64,000 nt of DNA from positions 124,001 through 188,000 of the forward strand of contig QPMI01000003.1 in the NCBI GenBank assembly GCA_004431415.1, in the 5' to 3' direction. This DNA comes from Cyanophora paradoxa CCMP329. Lineage: Eukaryota > Plantae > Glaucophyta. The translations under genes were made by a program, and so were the position numbers. Under the pieces are notes generated by a model. That model saw only the letters and a list, made by a program, of their open reading frames with translations. It made no database searches and was not told the origin of the DNA. Shown piece after piece: positions 25,401 through 36,700 of the stretch (positions within the stretch are counted from its first letter, which is position 1; every line of letters begins with the position of its first letter).

Positions 25401-27980
25401 CGAGGGAGGGGACGCCGGCGGCGATGGTGATGCCGTCGATGGGCTCGCCCTCCTGGAGCATGAGCTCGATCATGGGGTACTGGAAGCCCCAGAGGTACGG
25501 GTTCAGGAAGAGCAGGTTGATCGTGATGCCGTCGCCGGCCTTGATCAGGTTGCGCAGGTTCGAGATGCGGTTCCGGAAGATGTCGGGCGTGTGCTGGCCG
25601 CCGCCGGCGAGCTCGCCGTGGAAGCCGGCCTCCGAGCAGGCCACGATGATCGGCTCCGCCACCGTGCACGGCGTCATCCCCGCCAGCATCACCGGCGCCT
25701 TGCCGATCGCCCGCGTGAACTTGGTGTCTGCCGCCGCGCGCGTGTCAGCCCCCGCTCAAAGGGGAACCAAGGGCAGCTTGGCGGACCCATCATGAGGGTG
25801 CCGTCGCCGAGGCGGACGAGCTTGGGGCCGAACTCCGCGCCCCAGTCGGCCGCGTACTGGATCGAGCCCTGTGCCGAGTTGAAGAGCGCCGACTTGTCCT
25901 GCGCGGCCGCCGGCGCCGGTCAGCCATGTGGCAAAAGCGGCGCGAACTTGCCGAGAGAAAAGCGCGCCTGGAGGCTGGCGGTCGCCTTGAACTGGTTGCA
26001 GCCGACGACAGCGACGCCGGAGCCGACCTTGAGGCGCGCGGTCATGTTGCCCTCGCCGGGGCCGTAGTTGAGCAGGTGCGTCACGCTGCCGGGCCCGCCG
26101 CGTGAGACCGGGCGGGGCGGCGGGGGACAGAAAAAGGAGCGGGGCGGGCGGGCGGACCCCTTGGCGGGGACGGCCTCCGCGAGGGCGGCCGGGTAGTTGA
26201 CGGGCTGGATGCACTGCAGGTCGATCAGCTCGCCGGTCAGGTCCGCCGACTTGCGCAGGTCAGAGCCGTCCAGCGTCCTGCCCGCCCCGCCGCGGTCACG
26301 GAGAGAAGGAAGGAGGAGAAGGAAGGAAAACGAAGACGAAGGCGCACGAGTAGACGGGGATCTGGAGGTCGGCGGCCTTGAACTCGATGGCGAGGCGCTT
26401 GCAGTCGGCGCGGACGAGGTCGCACGCCGCCTTGCAGAGCGGCGAGTGGAACGGCACCGAGACCGAGAGGAACACCGTCGTGAACTCGAGCTTCCGCTTC
26501 GAGAACGGGATGCGCGACTGGTCGCCCTTGGCCTCCTCCTGCGCTCCGCGGTTCAGGAGAGGAAAGGAAGAGAAGGAAGAGAGCAGGGGAAAGGGCGGGG
26601 ACCTTGCGGAGGGCCTCCTTGACGGCGTGGAGGGACTCCGGGTGGCCGGCGAGGTTGACGGCGCGGGGGCCGTTGACCAGCGCGACGGTCACCTGGCGGT
26701 CCGCGGGGGCGCCCTTGTTGAAGGTGTCCACGAAGGGCTTGACCTGGTCCGGCCGCAGCTTCAGCACCGCCAGCAGCGGCGTCGGCACGCCGTCGCCCTT
26801 CTCCCTGCACTCCTGCACCAGCTCCGGGTCTAGGATCGCCTGCGGTGCGGCGCGCGCCGGATCAAATCTCGCGCGCGGCTCGCGCGAGGCGCGCGCGGGG
26901 GGCGCTGCTCGCCTGGGGGAACGCCTGCTGCATGCGGGAGCCCTGCCAGAAGAGGTAGCGCGCGGTCTGCACGATGCGGTCGCACAGCTCCTGCTCCGTC
27001 TTCGCGCTCGCGATGGCGACGGCCGCGACGACGCCCTGCGCGGCGATCAGAGCAAGGAGAGGAGCGCAAAGAAGAGGAAAAGCCGTGCCTGGCTGTGGCC
27101 GGTCGCGCCCTTGAAGAGAGAGACGTACTCGGCCGCGGAGCGGCCCGAGACGCGGTACGCGACGTAGTAGTGGAGCAACTGAGTCAGCCCGATGAGCGGG
27201 TAGCTGACGGGCGCGCTCGAGAGGTAGGATTCCGACGGCTCCGCGGCCGTGCCGCGCAGCCACGCGAGCACGTCCATGCCTACGCGCGGCGCACGATCAG
27301 CGGGGGAGGGCGGCAGGGCCGGGTGCGCGCGGGCGTGCTCTCGCACCTTCAGAGTGGAAGCCGAGGGTGGCAGCCTCGGAAGAAGCCGCCTCGTTGCGGA
27401 GGACCTTGCAGGCGCGCTCGATCAGCGGCCGCGCGAAGAAGTAGGTCTCCCAGATGGTCCGGAGCTCCGGAAGGTACGCATACGCCTGCCCGTTGAAGTC
27501 CGCAAAGAGACCAGCCGAGCCAGACTTGGCGGCGCGCAGGAGCGCGGCGTCGGAAGCCCCCGTCTCAGAGAGCATGCTCGCGGCCTCGAGCACGCTGCGG
27601 GCCTGGTAGTAGGTGGAGACCAGGCGCATCTGATTGGGAGAATCCTGAGCCACGACATGCACGTCGTTGCCGTCTACGCATCGGGACTGGAACTGAGCGA
27701 ACGCCTCCGAAAGAATGGCGAGCTTTGACTGCTCCGGGAGGTCTTTGCTGGTGGGCGCGTTGAGCGCGAGGTTGAGGAAGAGACCCATCGCCTCCACCTC
27801 CGAGTCGACGGGCTCAGCTGGCCGCCCCTCCCACAGCCGGCTCGCCAGCGGCAGGAGAGTGTCGGGAACGAGAACGCTTGCGGCCTGGCCCAGCGAGAGC
27901 CATACGCGGCTCTTTGCTGATGCTTTGATGCCATCCGCACCGTCCACGGCCACCCCGTTGCCCTTGCCCATGACGCCCAT
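13914..27980 (-). CDS. FAS: Single-polypeptide fungal-type type I fatty acid synthase (AT-ER-DH-MPT-ACP-KR-KS-PPT)
   Basis: AT GATGHSQ|GVVAA (~27030-27110). [11 protein letters not shown] (~25100). [21 protein letters not shown] (~22000-22085). [49 protein letters not shown] (~19820). [14 protein letters not shown] and [69 protein letters not shown] 27980, stop 13914. Confidence 0.96.
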
Positions 27981-28683
27981 CTGCCAAGATCACTCGCGAC
28001 CTGCGCGGGAAAGCAAAAACCTTCAGCGGTCCGCAAGCGAAGCGCGCAGCTCAGAGAAAGCCTCCCTCTAAGAACTAGACCTATCGGCGCGGCCGGCGCG
28101 GCGCCCTCCGTCCGGATCGCGTAGTCCCGATCGGCCAAATGGGCAGCCCGTCGCCCGGGCAGCGGCAGGGCAGACTGCGCCCCGGGCTGCACGTGTGCGC
28201 GACAGGCCGGCACGTCTGCTAAAGTCCGGGATCGCCCGAATGCGCATGTCTCCGCGCGCGCAACCGACAAACTGGCGTTCTGCGCGCTCCCCGGCGGAAG
28301 GGTGCGATCTTCGCACCTTTTAGACGGCCGCACGAACGGGTGCCGGCAGACGAGCTGGGATGCTGGGCGAACCGAAGTCGGGGGCTTGAGATACAGGCCC
28401 GTGATGTGTACCCCCCCATTGCTGATCCCAGTGATCCGAGGGACCTACGGCCGGGGGGCGCAAAGGCATCGCGCTCTGGCGTGCCCAGGCTACGGTTTGA
28501 GACGCTTGGAAGCCTCCAGCGAAGCCAACCGGGGTGACGGAAGGTTCAAGCCCTTTTCGGCCGTGCGAACGTGGGCTCGGCGGCGATTCCGATCGGTACA
28601 ATCGGAGGCTAGATAGCCTAGCTCATTTGAGCGTTCGGCCGCACGCACCGCCGTCGGTTTAACAGCGGCGCCTCCCGAGCTGC

Positions 28684-30055
28684 ATGGCGCCTCTCACTCC
28701 CCGCCGGGGGACACGAGGGCGCGAGCGCGAGAGTGCAGCAGCAACGCAACGTACCACTAAACGATCGCGATCCCGCTCGAGGGCGCGGGCGTTGAAGCCC
28801 GTCCGCGCCGCTGCGTTCCTCCCTTTTTTGCCGAAGTCCAACATCAACCTCGTCCGCTTCCACGAGCTGAAGGAGACCTGGCTCCGCGGAAACGGTGCGA
28901 ATCGTTCGTATCTATTTCAAAATCTCTCTTATCTTCGCCGCTCTTCAGACTGCATCCTCAGCGGTCATCGCCAGCAGCTGCAGCCGTGCGACTGCCTGTT
29001 CTCCGTCTGCTGCATCCACAATGAGTGCGTGCGGGGCTTCGGCTCTTCTAAATTATATATTTTCCTGACATGCACACGCCGCCCGCGAAGGACCGGCAAC
29101 ATCTGGACGCACCTCCTGGCCACGCTCCTCGCAGTCGGCATCGCGATTCGCGTCCTCTTTTTCGACCTGCGCGGGGCCGCGCTGGAGCACTACCTCAACC
29201 TCGCTTCCTTTCTCATCTCCGGCATCGGGGTTCGCCCCGGCGCTTCCTTTCTTTTCTTTTCCACTTCCACGCGAGCGCTCATGCCCTGCAGGTCTTCCTC
29301 TGCTCCTTTATCTTCCACGCGTTCATGCCCGTCTCCGCGCGGGCGTTCTCCATCCTCTCCAAGCTCGATTACGTCGGTGCGACGCCCGCCCGCACCCGCC
29401 GAGCGGCCCGTCCCACATGAGCACTGAACTTGAAGACAGGCATCGCGGTGCACCTGTTCGGGGCGAACCTGCCGGCGATCAACTACGAGTTCTACTGCGA
29501 GCCGGCGCTCTGGCGCGTCTACGTGGCGCTCTTCGTGGGGGCCTCCCTCGTGATGCTCGCCGCCGCGAGCCGCGCGAGCTTCGCGGCGCCCGAGTACCAG
29601 TGGCTCCGCGGCGCCCTCTTCTTCGGCTGCGGCGTCGCCTTCATCGCGCCCCACGTCCACAAGATCGTCGCCTTCGGTGCGCCGCGGCCGCCGGCCCCCG
29701 CCGACCGCGCCCTTCCTTTCTCAAGTGTCGAGCCTCGCTCAATTTCTTTCTCGCCGCAGGGACGGGCCATGAGGAGACGGACCGGGCTCTCCCGTTCTAC
29801 ATCCTCTCGGGGGTGTTCTACGGCGTGGGCACGGTCATCTTCGCGCTGCGCTTCCCGGAGCGCCTGTGGCCGGGCCGCTTCGACTACTGGCTGCACTCGC
29901 ACCAGCTCTTCCACGTGCTCTGCGTGCCGGGCTACCTCGCCTTCCTCGCGGGCGTCCACAGCGCCTGGCGCTGGCGCTCCACCACCGAGTGCACCCACGC
30001 CCTCCCCAGGGGCCTCCTCCACGACCTCCACGACCTCTTCCCCAGCATTTTTTGA
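28684..30055 (+). CDS. PAQR/AdipoR/Izh (hemolysin-III, CREST superfamily) 7-TM protein
   Basis: Spliced motifs HNE|TGNIWTH (ExxNxxxH), CSFIFH (SxxxH), SKLDYVG and RFPERLWPGRFDYWLHSHQLFH (HxxxH); metal-binding residues intact. Stop 30053-30055. Confidence 0.93.
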
Positions 30056-30547
30056 AGGGCGCCGGCGCCCTCGGGCCCGGGGAGTGCGCACGCGCGCCCA
30101 TGCTGGGGCCCGCGGGCGGGCCTAGGCCCGCCCGCTATAGACGTGGCGCCAATCTGCAAACGTATAGTACTTTTTATTTTGCCTTTTTAATTAGGTTCAA
30201 ATTCTTGCTTGCATTTGCAGTTGGGGAGCTAGTCCGCGTACGCATGCATTCCCCAGCTAGATCTAGATGTACATGTACAATTACTTTGATAACAGTTCGC
30301 AGTAAGTTATTTCTGTTTCACTCATGCAAGACTTGGTGTCCTTCGTCAATTGAAGACTTCATCTCTTTCGCAAGCCCGCGCCCGGCGTTGATCCCCGGAA
30401 ACCCCCGCTAGCACGCCCCCGCACGTCGCACGTGATTGCCGGAGCCGCTTATGAATTGGATCGGAGCATGCACATGGCACCAGGCAAGAGCGAGGCCGAG
30501 AGAGTTGGTCAAAGAGCGAGCCCGGGAGGCCCGATGAAAGTGCGCGC

Positions 30548-32286
30548 TTAAGCGCGGCGCTTGAGGGCGCCCAGGAACTTCGACTTCTCCTCCGAGGTCT
30601 GGAAGCGGCCGTGGCCGAACTTGGACGAGGTGTCGATGAACTTGAGCTTGATCTGCTCCTGGGCCGAGCGGGTGGTGCCCGGGAGGAGGGACTTGCGGAG
30701 GGTGATCACGCGCTTCTTGGGGCCCATGACGGCGCCCTTGATCATGAGGAAGTCCTCCTTGACCTGGCCGTAGTGGGGGAAGCCACCCATGGGGGTGATG
30801 CTCTTCTCGGTCAGATCCTGCTCGGTGGTGCCGGCGGTGGCGAGGTCCTCCTGCTTGCCCACGCGGTACACCTTCTTGTTGATCTCCGTGCGGTGGAAGT
30901 AGCCGTTCTGGCCGGCGCGCGGCACCGCGAACGAGACGCGGGCCGGATGCCAGGCACCGATACAGGCGACCTGCGCGGCACGTCGGCGGCTGCGCGATCG
31001 GGCGGGCCCCGGGGCGGGCGGGGCGGACCTTGCGGAGACCCTTGTGGGTCTTGCGCGGCAGGCGGCGGGTGCCCCAGCGGGTGGTCACACCCTCGAAGCC
31101 CTTGCCCTTGGTGATGCCGATGCAGTCGATCATCTCGGACTCGGTGAAGAGCTGCGCCCTGTCGTGAGCGCGGGCCGGGCCAGCGAGGCGCGGCGAGGCG
31201 AGGCGCGGGACGGCGGGGCCGGTGCGGGAGATCGCTCACCTCCGACACGCGGACCTGCTTCTCGAACAGTCCGTACCCGAAGTCAACCTTCTCGGCGACG
31301 GTGCCGCCGTTGACCTGCACCCTGGGCGTCAGCACGGGATCCGGCGGCAGCGATCGCCGACGTGGTGCGCCTGGATCTCCATAACGTGGGCCTTCTTCTG
31401 GCGCAGGTTGAGCTTGCGGATCTGGGTGTGCGCGATGACACGGACGACCTGGAGCGGCGATCAGAGGGCGCTCCGGCGGGGAGGAGGGTTTGTGACAGAC
31501 CTGGCAGTACTTCTTAATGCGAGCGAGCTCGGCATCGATCTCCTTGTGGCCGTCAGCGTACTTCTTCACGTACTTGGTGAAAGCCTTCTTCTTCGACTTG
31601 TACCTGCAGCGCTGCTCAGCAGCTGCATTGAGGAGCTCCAGGAGGAAATGCGCACCAGTTCTTGTAGAAGCGGCGCTTGACCTCGTCGCTCAGATGCTCC
31701 GCCCACACGGTGGTGAGGGTGCGCAGGCCACGCGGGGTCTCGACGTAGCCGACGATACCGACGATGACCATCGGCGGGCACTCAAGGATGGTGACCGCCT
31801 CGACGACCTCCTTCTTGTGGACCTCTGCACAACACCACCGTCAGGTCGCCACGCGATCGAGGCCCGGCTAGGGGCCAGCACGGCCGGTAGCACGGGCAGG
31901 ACGGGAGCCGCGCACTCGAGCCAGGCTTGTCGACATCGCGGACGATGTGGGTCATGCCGGCCTTGTAGCCCATGAAGGCGGTGAGGTGGGGCTTCTTCTT
32001 GGCATCATCCTTCGGGAAGCTCTTGACTGAGGGACCACACGTAACGCGTCAAGGCTTCGAATGCATGCTGGGCAGGCTATCGCCGCGGCCAGGAGTTGCG
32101 CCGGAGGGCGGGAGCGGCGGCGCACCCTTGCCCTTCGAGCGAGCAGCGCGCTTGCGGGGCAGGAACCCCAGCGAGCCGTGCCTCGGCGCTGCGCACGTTC
32201 GAAAGCAACGAGAGGGCGCAGGAATCAGCCGGGACCGTCGAACGCCGGAATGGGGATCGCGCACCCTCGAACTTGCGGTGAGACAT
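30548..32286 (-). CDS. RPL3: 60S ribosomal protein L3 (uL3)
   Basis: MSHRKFE|[57 protein letters not shown]|[36 protein letters not shown]. Confidence 0.99.
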
Positions 32287-32469
32287 GTTGTGGTCTCGGC
32301 GACTGCGCGGCAGGAGGCGCCGGGTCAAGGGCCGTCGAGAAAACGCGGCGCCCGCGCGATCAACCCACCTCGCCTCTGTACCCGGCCACAGCTCGTACCC
32401 GCCCTAAAGGGTACATCACACGACAAAGTTTCCACCAAAAGTTTCCGTCAAGAGAGACCCGCGCCGAGG

Positions 32470-32880
32470 ATGACGGGCAGCAAAGACTCGAAGAAGGGCG
32501 CCGACCCGAACGCCCGGCTTGAGCGCCACAGCGGTAAGAGATTCAGACGGCTTGGTCGATCCGGTGGTCTTGTGGACTGATCGGCGTTGCGAAATCGCAG
32601 GCACTGGCGAGCCCATTCACGGGAAGGACAAGAAGGGAGGCAGTGGGAGCGCCAACTGGGGCAAGGTGCTCCGGCCATTTTGCGATCACTCACCCGTGTG
32701 CATTACCTTATCGCCACGCAGGCCGGTCAGGACGACCTCGCCGACGTCACTGACGTCGCTCACGAGGCCGAGCTCCTCAACCCGCCGGTGCGGTTGCCGT
32801 GGTCTCGTTCCGGCCGCCGATCGCTGACTCGGGAGCAGATCCAGAGCAACGTCCGCACTGCTCCGGCCGGTTCCCAGTAG
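32470..32880 (+). CDS. 78-aa four-exon microprotein with HABP4/SERBP1/Stm1-like motif
   Basis: Exons 32470-32533, 32601-32665, 32722-32787 and 32839-32880, joined by three GT-AG introns, give MTGSKDSKKGADPNARLERHSGTGEPIHGKDKKGGSGSANWGKAGQDDLADVTDVAHEAELLNPPIQSNVRTAPAGSQ*. Confidence 0.8.
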
Positions 32881-33703
32881 ATCATGACTGCGAGTCATGT
32901 CTGACATGGTGGACGCGGCCGTCCAACACCCGTCCGCAAGTCCATCCAACTTTTTGGCACCGGCAACTCCAGCCACGATGGGGTCTTAGCCATAGGTTAC
33001 GAAGGCTAGCGGTGACACTCGGCAGATCAAGCGCATTTCAAGCTTTTTCCTGTATTCAGAGTTTGTACAGCTTAATGATCGGGGACCTTCACCACGCCTT
33101 CGACGCGCACAGCGGGTGCTTCACTGGCCTTCTCTCGCTTGCTCTTCATCGCTCCCTCCCTTTCTTCTCCTTTCTTTAGTCCCACCGTCGCATCCTGTCC
33201 CGTGCCAGCCATACCTCTGCGGTGCATTACGCCTAGTGACTTCACTTCTCGTCTAGGGCGGCGTGTGGGTCGCTCGCATTTCACGCGTGAACGACGTGCA
33301 TAACACTTTCCTTTTCTGTTAACGATTGGCGGCCAGGCGCCTTCGTTGCCGCGGCATGCCGTTCCTCGGAATGCTGCGCTTGTTAGCTCTAGGGGTTCTT
33401 TGCACCTTGACTACAAGGCAAAACTTCAACAACTGCTAGTTCAACGAGGCCAGCGGCCGAGGTGGTGGCACTGGTGAGGACGTAGCGCCGACGTTCGCGT
33501 GCGGTGCCTGCGACGTACGCATCGTCCGCGCGCGGACGCGCGGAGATTGCGCCGCGACCATCAGTTGTGTGTAAACGCTTCGGCAATCACTCTTGTCGAC
33601 GCATCAAGCGCGAGAGACCGCGGCAGCGCCCGGGTTGTGGGGGCTGGCCGGGAGCCCAGCACGCCCAGCTGGGTACAGGACTTTCGCATCCGCGCTCGGA
33701 GTG

Positions 33704-36700
33704 ATGCAAGGCCCCGACGGTCCCGGCGAGGACCGGGACCTCTTTGCTGTGCGTTACGTTGCCTAGCCGGCGCTCTGCGCGCTTGCCGGGCCCTGCTGGC
33801 TTCGTCTGATCCGCCCTTCGCTGCAACGCAGGAGTTCGTGCGGCTAAAGGCCGAGTGGGATGCGCGCAATGGCCGCAGCACCGGCGACGAGCAGCCCGGT
33901 GAGCCGCCACCCCGCCTCGCCTCTGCCGACCACGTTTTGAACTCCAGCGCCCGCGCTCGCAGCGGAGGCCGCCCCGGCCGCTGCTGGCAGGCGCAGGTGG
34001 GGAAAGGCGGCAGAGCCCGTTAATCCAGTGCAGGTAGAGCGCTGGAACCGCTAGCTAACCACGCGACGTGTCGCTAACGCGCGAGCAGTCCCGGCGGCCA
34101 ACAGAGCCGGGCGGGGTGCCGCCCGACCAAGCGGAGCACCTCGCCCTTCTGCAGGAACGACAGCGCTTGCTGAAGAAGCTGCGGGTGCGCGCTCCGCGCC
34201 CGCGTCACCGCGTCTTTGGCGCTGATGGCCGGATAGGAGCGGGAGCTGACGGAGGAGGAGAAGGAGAAGCAGGCGAGGGAGCGAGGCTTCAACGTGTTCA
34301 TCAGCGGAGCGAACGCGGATCGCGTGCGCGAGCAGCGGCGCCGCGAGAAGGAGGCCCGCAACGCCGTCCGCACGGCCGGTCAGACGCCCCGCGCGCCTCC
34401 CGAGCCTCCCGCCGGCGAGGGCGCCCGACACGCGCACCAGGCCCGGCGACCGCGGCAGGGCGAGATCCGTACGCGTCGGCGCCCGCGGGAGGCGGCCGGC
34501 GGCGCTGGGGTGACGCCCCCGCGACGGTCCCAATCGCCCCCGTCATCGCGACGGGCTCCGGCTCCGCGTTCTACGTGCCGTGCGTCTCCGCTCCCGGCTT
34601 GAATGGCCCTGCTGCGCACGCGCGAATCGCGGCCGGCGCAGGCTCGAGGACGGCTCGGGCGGGCCGCTCGGGCGGGGGCCCCTCCCCAAGTCCAACTCGG
34701 GCGGAGAGGGCAAGGGCGGCCGCAAGAAGTGGGGCCAGGCCCGTCCTCGTCCCGGCGTCCACCCCGCGCCGGCCTCGCCTCGCGGCTGAGGCGCGGCCGC
34801 AGGAGACGGTCTACATCCGGGCGGCGAGTGGGGAGCGGCTCTCGGCCTCGCCCAGCAAGCGGCGCCCGGGCGGCAGCAGCCGCAGCGCGACCGCCGACGC
34901 GGCCGTCGGGCCGGCGCCGGCGCCCGTCGGCAGGCGGCGGAGCAGCGGCGGGAGCGGTGCGGGGCGGGGCGGGCGGCCGGGGGCGCAGCGGGGCGCCTGA
35001 GCGCGGCCGCAGACCCCGACGTCGCCCTCGTGCCCGAGGAGGAGTCCTACGAGGCCGAGCCCTTCGAGCACGAGCCCGACCCGGGGGTGCGCCGCTCGCT
35101 GTGGGCGCGGCCCCGCCCCGGCCCGCCCGCCCGCCCGTCGCTGACCGGCCGGCCGGCAGGGGCGGTCCCGGCTGCCGAGGGCGGAGACGGGGGCGGGGCG
35201 GAGGGCGACGGGGAGGCAAGGCCGCCGGAGGGCGAGCCCGGGGCGGAGGGGGAGGGCGGGGAAGAGGCGGAGGCGGAGGCGGAGGCGGAGGAGGGCGGGC
35301 CAAGCGCCGCGCAGGGGGCCCCCATCGTCGGCGAGGTGCGCGCGCCCCGCGCTGAAACCGAAGGCGGCGGCCCGACGGGGTGAGGCGCGCGTCAGGTGGT
35401 GGCGATCGCGGACGACGCGGGGGCGGCGGAGGGCGTCGAGCTCACCGAGGCCGACGTCGCCTTCCTTCGCGTCCGCCCCGCCGCTTTCCTCCGTCCCGCC
35501 GCGACTTGCGGGCCCGAGCGTGTGGGCGGCGGGGGCGCAGTTCGCGGTGGGGCGGGACGAGGAGTCGGCCGCAGTGGAGGAGGCGAGCCTGGCCGCCCGC
35601 GAGGAAGGGGCGCCCGCCCCGGCCCCCGCCGGCGTCCCCGAGGAGGAGGAGGAGGAGGAGGAGGAGGAGGAGGAGGCGGTGGCCGGGGAGACGATCCCCT
35701 CCCCCGCCGCCTCGCACGCCTCGGTCTCGGCGCGCCCCGTGCCCCGCGCCCCGCTTCGCCGCCCGCGCGGCCCTCTGACGCGCCGGCAGCGGCCCCTGTC
35801 GGCCCCGCGGCGCCAGCGGCCGGCCTCGCCGGCGGCGGCGGCAGGGCCCGCCCCCGACGCCATCCGCGTCATGGAAGCGAGCGGTGCGCGCCGCGCCGTG
35901 GCCCACCCGCTGAATTTCTCGGGATCGACGCCCCGCCGCAGACCCGCCGGCGAGGCGCGCGGTTCGGCCCCTCTCGGCGGCGCGCCTCTCCGCCGGAGCG
36001 GGCCCCGCCGTCCCCTCCGCCGGCCTCGCCGCCGCGATCGCCGAGGCCTGCCGCCCCGCCCCTAGAACAACGCGAGCCCGGCGACGCTGACGCCCTCCGC
36101 AGGAGAACGCGCGCGCGCTGGACTCGGCGCGGCGCGCATCCGTCCCCGCCCCCGCCCCCGCAGACGAGTTCGGCGACTCGCAGCCGTTCCGCGACTCGCC
36201 CCCGCCGTCCGCCTCCGACGAGGCTCGCCTGCCCTTCTCAACCCGCGCCCCCGCGCGCCGCTGACCGGCGCCGCGCCCTCCCCGCAGCGCATGCGCTCGG
36301 TGGCGCTTGCGCGCTCCGCCGCCGTCGTCTCGTCCATCGACATGCCCCCGGCGCCCCGGCCCGCCTCGGCCGCCGCCCCGGAGCCGCGCACCCCCGCGGA
36401 CGAGCTCAGCGAGCGCATCAAGCAGATGGACACCCGCAAGCAGCGGTACCTCCTCCAGGCTCGGCCCCCTCCCCCCCGCGACGCTAAGCCCTCGGTGACC
36501 CCGCTGACTCCCCCGCCAGGTGCTGAACAAGCTGGAGAAGGCGGACGCGATGGGCGTGAACGTGTCGCTGGTGATCGACCGGCTGGACACGACCGTGCGG
36601 GAGCGGCGCAGCGCGGCCGTGCAGGGGACCCTCGGGCCCGACGCCTCCTCCGCCGGCGTCGCCGCCGCCATCCGCGAGGCCGCCCGCGCCGCCTCCGCCG

